Positions 8,611 through 16,267 of a DNA stretch of 19,300 bases are shown here, one piece after another. The stretch comes from Chlamydiota bacterium (GTDB taxonomy: Bacteria > Auribacterota > Tritonobacteria > UBA1439). Each line of letters starts with the position of its first letter. Position 1 is the stretch's first letter. The position numbers and the translations under genes were made by a program. Under the pieces are notes generated by a model. The model worked only from the letters and a program-made list of their open reading frames with translations, had not been told where the DNA came from and made no database searches. Location of the stretch: positions 1 through 19,300 of the forward strand of contig JBAXOY010000056.1 in the NCBI GenBank assembly GCA_037133055.1, given 5' to 3'.

Positions 8611-9201
8611 TCATCTGCCATTCTCTCGGTCGCCGACCGCGACCTGGTCCCGGATCTTTTCCAGCTTCTTCGGGCCGATCCCCGGGACCCTCCGCAGATC
8701 CTCGACGCTCCGGAACGGCGCCCGTGACCGCTCGAGGATGACGGCGCCCGCGAGCTTCTCCCCCACGCCGGGGAGCTCCGCGAGTTCCTCCGCGGAGGCG
8801 CGGTTGATGTCGACGGGCCTCAGGCGCGCCGGACGCCGGATCTTTCTCAGCGCCTCCTCGCGGTTCCTCTCCTGGGCCTCGATCCCCTCCCCCGCCCGGG
8901 GGACGTACACCACCTCGCCCCCAACGCACGGCACGCGCCGATCCAGCGCGTCGAGCGCGGCATCCGCCGCGGGGCCCGCGGCCCTCGCCGCGTCGCGGGC
9001 GCACGCCCCGCGCGCGACGCGATACTCTCCCGGCCGCGAGACCGCCCCCATGACGGTCACGGCGACCGTGCCCCCCCCGCGCGCGTCGTCCCCGGGGAGG
9101 AGCGCCCGGGGGCATTGCCGCTCGGCGCGCCAGAATGCGGCCGCGACCAGGAGCCCGACGAGGACGAAGACGGCGAGGCGCTCCTCGAAGTACAATTTCA
9201 T
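8611..9201 (-). CDS. comEA: ComEA-family DNA-binding protein (TM anchor, SLBB domain, helix-hairpin-helix)
   Basis: VTVMGAVSRPGEY (SLBB), VDINRASAEELAELPGVG and LRRVPGIGPKKLEKIR (HhH); directly downstream of leuS. Confidence 0.85.
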   Translation of the reverse strand: MKLYFEERLAVFVLVGLLVAAAFWRAERQCPRALLPGDDARGGGTVAVTVMGAVSRPGEYRVARGACARDAARAAGPAADAALDALDRRVPCVGGEVVYVPRAGEGIEAQERNREEALRKIRRPARLRPVDINRASAEELAELPGVGEKLAGAVILERSRAPFRSVEDLRRVPGIGPKKLEKIRDQVAVGDRENGR

Positions 9202-9247
9202 CTTCCGCCGGCATTCAACGGACTGCGTCTCACCCCTTGTACGATGC

Positions 9248-11737
9248 TCACTTCACCACGATGTTCACGAGGCGCCCGGGGACGACGATGGTCTTCACCA
9301 CCCGCTTCCCAGCCGTGTGCGCCTTCACGTTCGGCTCGGCGAGGGCCGCCGCGGAGTGCGCCGCCTCGTCCGCCCCCGAGGGGACGGAGACGCGCCCGCG
9401 CAGCTTCCCGTTCACCTGCACCGGTACGGTCACCGTCTCCTCCTCGACGAGGGCCGGGTCCCACTCGGGCCACGGCTGCCTGAAGACGCTCCCGGTTCCG
9501 CCGAGCGCGCGCCAGAGCTCCTCGGCGATGTGCGGCACGAACGGCCCCAGCAGCAGGACCATCGTCCTGAGCGTCCCGGCGACCGCAGCGGGCTCATCAC
9601 GGACCGCGTCGGGCGAGAGGCGCAGGTACTCGCGCAGCGCGTTCTCAAGCTCCATGAGCGCCGCGAGGGCGGTGTTGAAATGGAAGTTCCCCTCGATGTC
9701 GCGCGTCACCTTCCTGACGGTGCGATGCGCCGCGCGCCGGAGCGCGGCCGCCGCCGGAGAGAGGGGGTGTGACGCCGCGCCGGGCGCGGAGGCCCTCAGG
9801 GACTCCGCGAGCGGCAGGGCGAGGTCCCACAGCCCGCGCAGAAACCGGAACGCGCCGATGACGCTCTCGTCGCGCCACTCCGCGTCCTTCTCCGGCGGGC
9901 CGATGAAGAGGGTGTAGAAGCGCACGGTGTCGGCGCCGTATTTTTCGATCAGGGCGTCGGGGCTCACCGTGTTCCCCTTCGACTTCGACATCTTCGCACC
10001 GTCCTTGATGATCATCCCCTGAGTGAACAGGTTTTTGAACGGCTCGGGGAAGCCGACGCACCCCGCGCTATTAAGAGCCTTCGTGATGAAGCGCGAGTAC
10101 ATGAGGTGCAGGATCGCGTGCTCGACCCCGCCGATGTACTGGTCCACCGGCAGCCAGCGGTTCACAAGGTCCCGGTCGAAGGGGCGCGCGTCGTCGCGCG
10201 GCGAGAGGTACCGGAGATAGTACCAGCTCGAGTCCACGAAGGTGTCCATCGTGTCGGTCTCGCGGCGGCCCTTCCCCCCGCAGTTCGGGCAGCGGCAGGC
10301 GACGAACGAGGGGCAGCGGGCGAGCGGCGACTCGCCGGTGGGGAGAAACTCCACGTCGGCGGGGAGCAGCACGGGGAGATCCCTCTCGGGGACCGGGACG
10401 ACGCCGCAGGCGCCGCAGTAGATCATCGGGATCGGAGCGCCCCAGTAGCGCTGCCGCGAAATGAGCCAGTCGCGGAGGCGGTAGCAGACCGCCCGGCGGC
10501 CGAAGCCGCCCCGCTCCATGAAATCGGCCATCGCCGCGATCGCCTCCCGGTTGGGGAGGCCGTCGAACTGCGCCGAGCTGACGAGGGCCCCGTTCCCCTC
10601 GTAGGCGCCGGTCATCCGCCCAGCGTCGAGCGTCCGGCCCTCGTCCTGGATCACCACGGTGACGGGCAGCCCGTACTTCTTCGCGAACTCGAAATCCCTC
10701 TGGTCGTGGGCGGGCACCGCCATCACCGCCCCGGTCCCGAACTCCATGAGCACGTAGTTCGCGACCCAGATCGGGATCTTTTGGCCGGTGAACGGATTGA
10801 CCGCCTCCTCGCCAGTGAATATCCCCTCCTTTTCGGTGTCGTCGGCGGCACGGGTGATGCGGTCCTGGCCTGCGACCCGGTCCGCGAAGCGTTTGATTTC
10901 CGAGGCGCGGGGGCCGCGCGCGCCCAGGCGCGTTACGATCGGATGCTCCGGCGCGACGACCATGTAGGTGGCCCCGTAGATGGTGTCAAGGCGGGTGGTG
11001 AAGCAGGTCACCGTCTCCCCGGTCGAGGCGAGGCGGAAGTCGATCTCGCACCCCTCGCTCCTCCCGATCCAGTTTTTCTGCATCGTCTTCACCCGCTCCG
11101 GCCAGTTCGGCAGGAGCGCGAGATCGTCGAGCAGCCGCTGGGCGAACGCGGTGATCCTGAAGAACCACTGCTCGAGCTCCTTCTGGCGGACCCGGGCGCC
11201 GCAGCGCTCGCATTCGCCGTCGACGACCTGTTCGTTCGCGAGGACGGTGGCGCAGGAGGGGCACCAGTTCACGGCGGCGCTCTTCCGGTACGCGAGGCCC
11301 TGCGCGTAAAGCTTCAGGAAGAGCCACTGGGTCCAGCGGTAGTAGCCCGGGTCGCAGGAGGTCACCTCGCGGTCCCAGTCGTAGCAGACGCCCCAGTCGC
11401 GGAGCTGCCGCTTCATGGTGGCGATGTTACCGAGCGTGCTCTCGCGGGGGGGAAGGCCGCCCTTGATCGCCGCGTTCTCCGCGGGAAGGCCGAAGGAGTC
11501 CCATCCCATCGGCGTGAGCACGTGGAAGCCGCGCATGAGCTTGTAGCGCGCGACGACGTCGCCGATGATGTAGTTCCGCCCGTGCCCAACGTGGAGCGCG
11601 GCGGACGGGTACGGAAACATCATCAGGCAGTAGTACTTGGGCCCGGGGGGGATGTCGGAGGCATTGAAGAGGCCGGTCTCCGCCCAGTGGTCCTGCCACT
11701 TCTTTTCCATCTCGCGGGGGGCGTAGGGCCTGATCAT
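9248..11737 (-). CDS. leuS: Leucine--tRNA ligase
   Basis: MFPYPS, HVGH (HIGH), KMSKS, RDWLISRQRYWG, GTGAVMAVPAHDQRD editing domain, VQVNGKLR C-terminus; 829 aa. Confidence 0.98.
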   Translation of the reverse strand: MIRPYAPREMEKKWQDHWAETGLFNASDIPPGPKYYCLMMFPYPSAALHVGHGRNYIIGDVVARYKLMRGFHVLTPMGWDSFGLPAENAAIKGGLPPRESTLGNIATMKRQLRDWGVCYDWDREVTSCDPGYYRWTQWLFLKLYAQGLAYRKSAAVNWCPSCATVLANEQVVDGECERCGARVRQKELEQWFFRITAFAQRLLDDLALLPNWPERVKTMQKNWIGRSEGCEIDFRLASTGETVTCFTTRLDTIYGATYMVVAPEHPIVTRLGARGPRASEIKRFADRVAGQDRITRAADDTEKEGIFTGEEAVNPFTGQKIPIWVANYVLMEFGTGAVMAVPAHDQRDFEFAKKYGLPVTVVIQDEGRTLDAGRMTGAYEGNGALVSSAQFDGLPNREAIAAMADFMERGGFGRRAVCYRLRDWLISRQRYWGAPIPMIYCGACGVVPVPERDLPVLLPADVEFLPTGESPLARCPSFVACRCPNCGGKGRRETDTMDTFVDSSWYYLRYLSPRDDARPFDRDLVNRWLPVDQYIGGVEHAILHLMYSRFITKALNSAGCVGFPEPFKNLFTQGMIIKDGAKMSKSKGNTVSPDALIEKYGADTVRFYTLFIGPPEKDAEWRDESVIGAFRFLRGLWDLALPLAESLRASAPGAASHPLSPAAAALRRAAHRTVRKVTRDIEGNFHFNTALAALMELENALREYLRLSPDAVRDEPAAVAGTLRTMVLLLGPFVPHIAEELWRALGGTGSVFRQPWPEWDPALVEEETVTVPVQVNGKLRGRVSVPSGADEAAHSAAALAEPNVKAHTAGKRVVKTIVVPGRLVNIVVK

Positions 11738-11801
11738 GGACCGACCTCAGTTCTTCCGGACCGTACGAACCGGCGACCGGGCGAAAGGGCGACTGGGCTT
11801 C

Positions 11802-12536
11802 TCACCTGGCCGGCTCGCCGAACACGTCGGCGGTATAGACGAGCACCTCGTACCGGTCCGGCTGCTTCCACGCGTCGCCCGGGAGGCCCGCCTTGTTGCG
11901 GCAGAGGTGCGTCCAGAAATACTCGGCGTCGCGGTCGGGGAAATGTTCGCTCCAGACCTGCGGGAGGTAGGTCCCCCCCCCGTAGCCGCTCTTCGCGCGG
12001 ATGTAGACGCCGTGCACCCCCTTGCGTATGGAGAGCGGGTCGGCGATCGGCGTGAGGGGCGAGAGCGCGGAGATCTCGATATGGATGTCCTTGAGCTCCC
12101 CTTCCGACACCGGGGGGAACCTTGTGTCGCGGCTGCAGGCGTCGACCGCCATGTCCCGGACGGTCTCGGCGAGCGGCTCCTCGGAAATGAAGTTCCCGAT
12201 GCAGCCGCGGAGCGGCTCAGGGTGCACGGGGCTCGAGACGGTGGGGTTCGTGATGGTGACGAAGGCGCCGCGCTTTTCCTTCAGGGCGGGCGTGAGCGCG
12301 TAGCCCTCCATGCCGCGGACCCTCCGCTCCTTCACGTAGGTCTCGACCGTGTCCCTGGCGATGCGAAGGAGCGTCCCCTTCTCCGCGGGCGTCAGCGAAT
12401 GCGGTACTGCGTCCTGGTTTTTCACCTCGGTCTCCTTTGCCTCCTTCACGGGGGGGGGCGCAGGCTTCTTCGCGCCTTCCGCCGCGCACGCCAGCATGAC
12501 CGCCGCCGCCACGAAGGCAGGCGCAATCCGTTTCAC
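11802..12536 (-). CDS. AMMECR1-family protein (AmmeMemoRadiSam protein A-like) with N-terminal signal/lipoprotein peptide
   Basis: GAFVT, LRGCIG, DTRF, EISALSP, TYLPQV, KAGL motifs. GTG 12536 with GGAG SD gives MKRIAPAFVAAAVMLAC. Confidence 0.9.
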   Translation of the reverse strand: MKRIAPAFVAAAVMLACAAEGAKKPAPPPVKEAKETEVKNQDAVPHSLTPAEKGTLLRIARDTVETYVKERRVRGMEGYALTPALKEKRGAFVTITNPTVSSPVHPEPLRGCIGNFISEEPLAETVRDMAVDACSRDTRFPPVSEGELKDIHIEISALSPLTPIADPLSIRKGVHGVYIRAKSGYGGGTYLPQVWSEHFPDRDAEYFWTHLCRNKAGLPGDAWKQPDRYEVLVYTADVFGEPAR

Positions 12537-12556
12537 GCTGACTCCGGCGCACACGG

Positions 12557-13537
12557 CTATTTCCCCCCCGGCACGGTGAAGAGGATCGACACGTAGCTGA
12601 CGCAGTGGCTCCAGTCGCCCGTCAGGTCCCCGGAGGTGGTGTAGTGGAGGAGCTCGCCCCGGGCCTCGCGGGGGAGCGCCTCGAGCACGATGCCGATGGG
12701 GGTGTGCCCGCAGATCGTCGCGCCGGTCCTCTCCACGTAGGCGGCGAACCCCGCCGCGTCGCGCTTTTCGACGAGCGCCGCCGCGCCGAGGTCAAGTTTC
12801 CTGAGGTTCTCCTTCACGTCGTTCGTGAACGGGAGATAGCCGAAGCTCGCGCCGTAGTGGGTGAAATCGGAGCTCGCGACGATGACCGTTTTCGCGTCGA
12901 GCAGTTTCTTCAGCGGGGCGGCGAGTTTCCCGTAGTCCCCCGGCTCCACCTCCCCGACGATGACCGGGACGAGCGTGAACGCGCCAAGCGTCTCCTGGAG
13001 GAAGGGGATCTGCACCTCGAGCGAGTGCTCCCCCTCGTGCGCCCGCGGGAGCGTGACATAGCCCGGGCTCTTCGCGAGCTCGTCGCACGCGGCGCGGTCC
13101 ACGGGCACGTCGCCGAGCGGCGTCCGGTAGATGGCGGAATCCGTGACCGCGGCGCCACTGAAACCGATGCGGTGCGTGGGGGCGAGCACCACCACCCGCG
13201 TGAACCCCCTGCCCTTCAGAAGGCTGTACCCGTACGCCGCGGTCGCCCCGGAGTAGGTGTAGCCCGCGTGGGGTGACAGGAGCCCGACGACCCTCCCCTC
13301 GATCTTCTTCCGGGGCGCCGCATCGAGAAAGCCCCTGACCTCTTTTTCCAGCGCATCGGGACTGCCGGGATAGAACTGACCCGCCACCGCCGGATACCGG
13401 ATGCTCCCCTTCATCTCCCTCACCCCCTCCCCGCGCGTTTCCTTCCCGCGGCCCGCCTGTTCCCCGGCGCACGCAAGGCACGCCACGAGCAGCGCGCACC
13501 CCGTTCCCGCCGCCGCGCCCCTGATACTCCTCCTCAT
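12557..13537 (-). CDS. MEMO1-family protein (AmmeMemoRadiSam protein B-like) with N-terminal signal/lipoprotein peptide
   Basis: PAVAGQFYP, PHAGY, EHSLEVQIPFLQ, SSDFTHYG, TICG, SGD..VSY motifs; SD GGAGGAG upstream; N-terminus MRRSIR...ALLVACLAC. Confidence 0.92.
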   Translation of the reverse strand: MRRSIRGAAAGTGCALLVACLACAGEQAGRGKETRGEGVREMKGSIRYPAVAGQFYPGSPDALEKEVRGFLDAAPRKKIEGRVVGLLSPHAGYTYSGATAAYGYSLLKGRGFTRVVVLAPTHRIGFSGAAVTDSAIYRTPLGDVPVDRAACDELAKSPGYVTLPRAHEGEHSLEVQIPFLQETLGAFTLVPVIVGEVEPGDYGKLAAPLKKLLDAKTVIVASSDFTHYGASFGYLPFTNDVKENLRKLDLGAAALVEKRDAAGFAAYVERTGATICGHTPIGIVLEALPREARGELLHYTTSGDLTGDWSHCVSYVSILFTVPGGK

Positions 13538-13558
13538 CGCCGCATCTCCTCCGCCCCG

Positions 13559-14011
13559 CTACAGGTCGATCGCCACCGACACCTCGCCGCAGTCGGGGAA
13601 CTTGTGGCAGTTCAGACAGTCGCTCCAGATCTTCTGGGGGAGTTTCGACTTGGCGATCCGCGAGAAGCCGCACTTTTTGAAGAACTTCGGGACGTAGGTG
13701 AGGGCGAAAACCCTTTGTATCCCGAGCAGGCGGGCGTCCTCGAGACACCTGAGCACCAGCGTCCTGCCCGTCCCCTTCCCCTTGTGCGACTCGCGCACGG
13801 CGAGCGAGTTCACCTCCCCCAGGTCGCCCCAGACGATGTGCAGGGCCGCGCAGCCGACCAGTTTCCCCTTCTCCTCTGCGACGTAGTAATCGCGGATATT
13901 TTCATAGAGGTGGTTGAGCGAACGCGGGAGCATCCAGTCCTTGCCGGCGAAGTAGTTGATGAGCTTCTGGATGTCGGGAACGTCGGACAGGATCGCCTTG
14001 CGTATCTTCAT
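13559..14011 (-). CDS. argA: Short GNAT N-acetyltransferase, amino-acid N-acetyltransferase (short ArgA) type
   Basis: MKIRKA, MLPRS, EVNSLAV, GKGTG, VFALTYVPKFFKKCGF, LPQKIWSDCLNC..FPDC; SD GGAGGTGA. Confidence 0.8.
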   Translation of the reverse strand: MKIRKAILSDVPDIQKLINYFAGKDWMLPRSLNHLYENIRDYYVAEEKGKLVGCAALHIVWGDLGEVNSLAVRESHKGKGTGRTLVLRCLEDARLLGIQRVFALTYVPKFFKKCGFSRIAKSKLPQKIWSDCLNCHKFPDCGEVSVAIDL

Positions 14012-14040
14012 CTCACCTCCCGAATACCCACATCTTCGAT

Positions 14041-14137
14041 CCGTTCAAACAGTTAAAGCGGTTCACGCCGTACTCCGCGTTCATCCGCGCCGATCCGCGG
14101 CCAATTTCCCCGTGTCCTCCGCGCCTCCGCGGTGAAA
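14041..14137. repeat. Composite intergenic repeat, copy A (direct repeat with 15162-15243)
   Basis: CCGTTCAAACAGTT..CGGTTCA...TCCGCGTTCATCCGCG.CGATCCGCG.CCAATTTC..CGTGTCCT.CGC...GGTGAAA is shared with copy B. Confidence 0.88.
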
Positions 14138-14153
14138 AACTCTTTCGCCGCGG

Positions 14154-15128
14154 TCACAGCCCCCGCTCCGCCTGCCGCAGGTGCTCGGCAGTCCGCCGGA
14201 TCATCTCGTCGAGCCCCACCGAAGGGGCGAAGCCGGTGAGCCCCTTTAACTTTGTGATGTCCGCCGCCCGGCGCTCCATGTCCTCGAACCCCTCCTCGTA
14301 CGCCTCCGCATAGGGGACGAACCTGATCGCGGAGGCGCTCCCGGTCAGGGCCACGATCCTCTCGGCGAGCGCGGCGATGCTGATCTCGCTGTCGCTCCCG
14401 ATGTTGATCACCTGCCCCTCCGCGTCCTTGAGCCCGCAGAGCGCCAGGAGCGCCCCGACGAGGTCGCCGACGTACATGAAGCTCCGCGTCTGCTTCCCGC
14501 TGCCGTACACGGTGAGGGGCTCCCCGCGGAGCGCCTGCCGGATGAGCCGCGGGAGCACCATCCCGTAGCGCCCGGTCTGGCGCGGGCCCACGATGTTGAA
14601 GAGGCGGCAGATGACCACGGGGAGCTTCCCCTCCCTGAAATAGGCCAGCGCGAGGAACTCGTCGATCGCCTTGGAGCAGGCGTAGCTCCAGCGCGATTTG
14701 ACGGTGGGGCCATAGACGATGTCGTCGTCCTCACGGAACGGGATGCGGGTGCTCTTCCCGTAGACCTCGGAGGTGGAGGCGAAGAAGACCTTCTTCCCCT
14801 TCTTGCTCGCCATCTCCAGGCAGATCTCCGTCCCCCCGATGTTCGTGGAGATCGTGCGCACGGGGCTCTCCACGATGAGGCGAACCCCGACCGCCGCGGC
14901 GAGGTGATAGACCATGTCGCACCGGTCGACGAGCTCCGCCATGACGGGGCGGTTCATGATCGTGTCGATCGTGTAGCCGAACCGCCGGTTCGCCTTCAGG
15001 TGATCGATGTTCGCCATGCTCCCGGTCGAGAGGTCGTCGATGACGTCCACCTCGTCGCCGCGCCCGAGCATGGCCTCCGCGAGATGCGACCCGATGAACC
15101 CCGCGCCCCCCGTGATCAGGACCCTCAT
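14154..15128 (-). CDS. NAD-dependent nucleotide-sugar epimerase/dehydratase (extended SDR)
   Basis: ITGGAGFIGS, DDLSTG, HLAAAVG, STSEVYG, YACSK (YxxxK), RLFNIVGPRQ. Confidence 0.92.
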   Translation of the reverse strand: MRVLITGGAGFIGSHLAEAMLGRGDEVDVIDDLSTGSMANIDHLKANRRFGYTIDTIMNRPVMAELVDRCDMVYHLAAAVGVRLIVESPVRTISTNIGGTEICLEMASKKGKKVFFASTSEVYGKSTRIPFREDDDIVYGPTVKSRWSYACSKAIDEFLALAYFREGKLPVVICRLFNIVGPRQTGRYGMVLPRLIRQALRGEPLTVYGSGKQTRSFMYVGDLVGALLALCGLKDAEGQVINIGSDSEISIAALAERIVALTGSASAIRFVPYAEAYEEGFEDMERRAADITKLKGLTGFAPSVGLDEMIRRTAEHLRQAERGL

Positions 15129-15161
15129 CTAGCCCTCCGTGATAAAAATCCTTTGTTCAAG

Positions 15162-15243
15162 CCGTTCAAACAGTTCAATCGGTTCAATCCGCGTTCATCC
15201 GCGTCGATCCGCGTCCAATTTCTTCGTGTCCTTCGCGGTGAAA
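15162..15243. repeat. Composite intergenic repeat, copy B; whole gap bracketed by an 11-bp direct repeat
   Basis: Aligns with 14041-14137. GCCCTCCGTGA occurs at 15132-15142 and 15280-15290. Confidence 0.88.
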
Positions 15244-15270
15244 TCCTTTTCATCCGTGTGTATCCGTTTT

Positions 15271-16233
15271 TTACTCCGCGCCCTCCGTGAAACTTCCCAT
15301 CACCCGGTACTTCTCGTAGCGCCTCCGGACAAGCTCCTTCCCCGGGATGCCCGCGAGCCCGTCCAGGGACTCGGTGAGCGCACGCTTCACCTCCCGCGCG
15401 GAATCCTCGAAGTTCCGGTGCGCCCCCCCGAGCGGCTCCGGGATGATCCGGTCGATCACCCCCATCTCGAGAAGTTCTTTAGGGGCGATGCGCAGCGTGC
15501 TCGCGGCCTCGGGCGCCTTGCCGTGGCTCTTCCAGAGGATCGCGGCGCACCCCTCGGGCGAGATGACCGAGTAGTAGGAGTTCTCCATCACCATCACCAC
15601 GTCCCCCACCCCGATCCCGAGCGCGCCCCCGCTCCCCCCCTCTCCGATGATGATCACCACGATCGGGGTCTCCAGGGACGCCATCGTCCGGAGGTTCCAC
15701 GCGATCGCCTCCGCCTGACCGCGCTCCTCCGCGCCGATCCCCGGGTAGGCCCCCGGGGTGTCGATGAACGAGACGAGGGGGAGCCTGAACTTCTCCGCGA
15801 GCTTGAACATCCGGTGCGCCTTGCGGTACCCCTCCGGGTGGGCGCTCCCGAAGTTGCGCATCAGGTTCTCCTTCGTGTCCCGCCCCTTCTGCTGTCCGAC
15901 CACCACGATGGTGCGGCCGCCCACCCGCGCGAGGCCGGCGACGATGGCGTGATCGTTTCCGAAGAACCGGTCCCCGGCGAGCTCGACGAAGCTGTCGGCC
16001 ATCAGCCGGAGGTAGTCGAGGGTGAAGGGGCGGTGGGGATGACGGGCGATCTGCACGCGCTGCCATGGGCTGAGGTTTTCGTAGACATCCCGGCGCACGC
16101 GGTCGAGCTTGCCCTGGAGGCTCGCGACCTCGTCGGAGACGTCGACGGACTGCGTCTCGGAGAGCTTCTTGAGCCCCTCGATCTTGCTCTCGAGCTCGAT
16201 GATGGGTTTTTCGAACTCAAACCCGCCGTTCAT
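15271..16233 (-). CDS. accA: Acetyl-CoA carboxylase carboxyltransferase subunit alpha
   Basis: FEFEKPI, WQRVQIARHP.RP, GYRKA, DTPGAYPGIGAEERGQ, GEGGSGGAL, YSVISPEGCAAIL. ATG 16233 has a GGAG SD. Confidence 0.97.
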   Translation of the reverse strand: MNGGFEFEKPIIELESKIEGLKKLSETQSVDVSDEVASLQGKLDRVRRDVYENLSPWQRVQIARHPHRPFTLDYLRLMADSFVELAGDRFFGNDHAIVAGLARVGGRTIVVVGQQKGRDTKENLMRNFGSAHPEGYRKAHRMFKLAEKFRLPLVSFIDTPGAYPGIGAEERGQAEAIAWNLRTMASLETPIVVIIIGEGGSGGALGIGVGDVVMVMENSYYSVISPEGCAAILWKSHGKAPEAASTLRIAPKELLEMGVIDRIIPEPLGGAHRNFEDSAREVKRALTESLDGLAGIPGKELVRRRYEKYRVMGSFTEGAE

Positions 16234-16267
16234 AAAGACAAGCTCCACAAGCTATCGAGCTATCGTG

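Noticed and set aside
11738..11801. T-box or attenuator upstream of leuS
   Set aside because: The gap is only 64 nt and has no T-box motif or terminator.
10106..12055. 649-aa + strand ORF and other long antisense ORFs (187-1074, 3678-4670, 5070-6308, 8738-9772)
   Set aside because: Shadow ORFs opposite well-supported genes, expected in high-GC3 DNA.
14041..15243. Diversity-generating retroelement template/variable repeat pair
   Set aside because: Both copies are intergenic, differences are indels and mixed substitutions rather than adenine-specific, and no reverse transcriptase is present.
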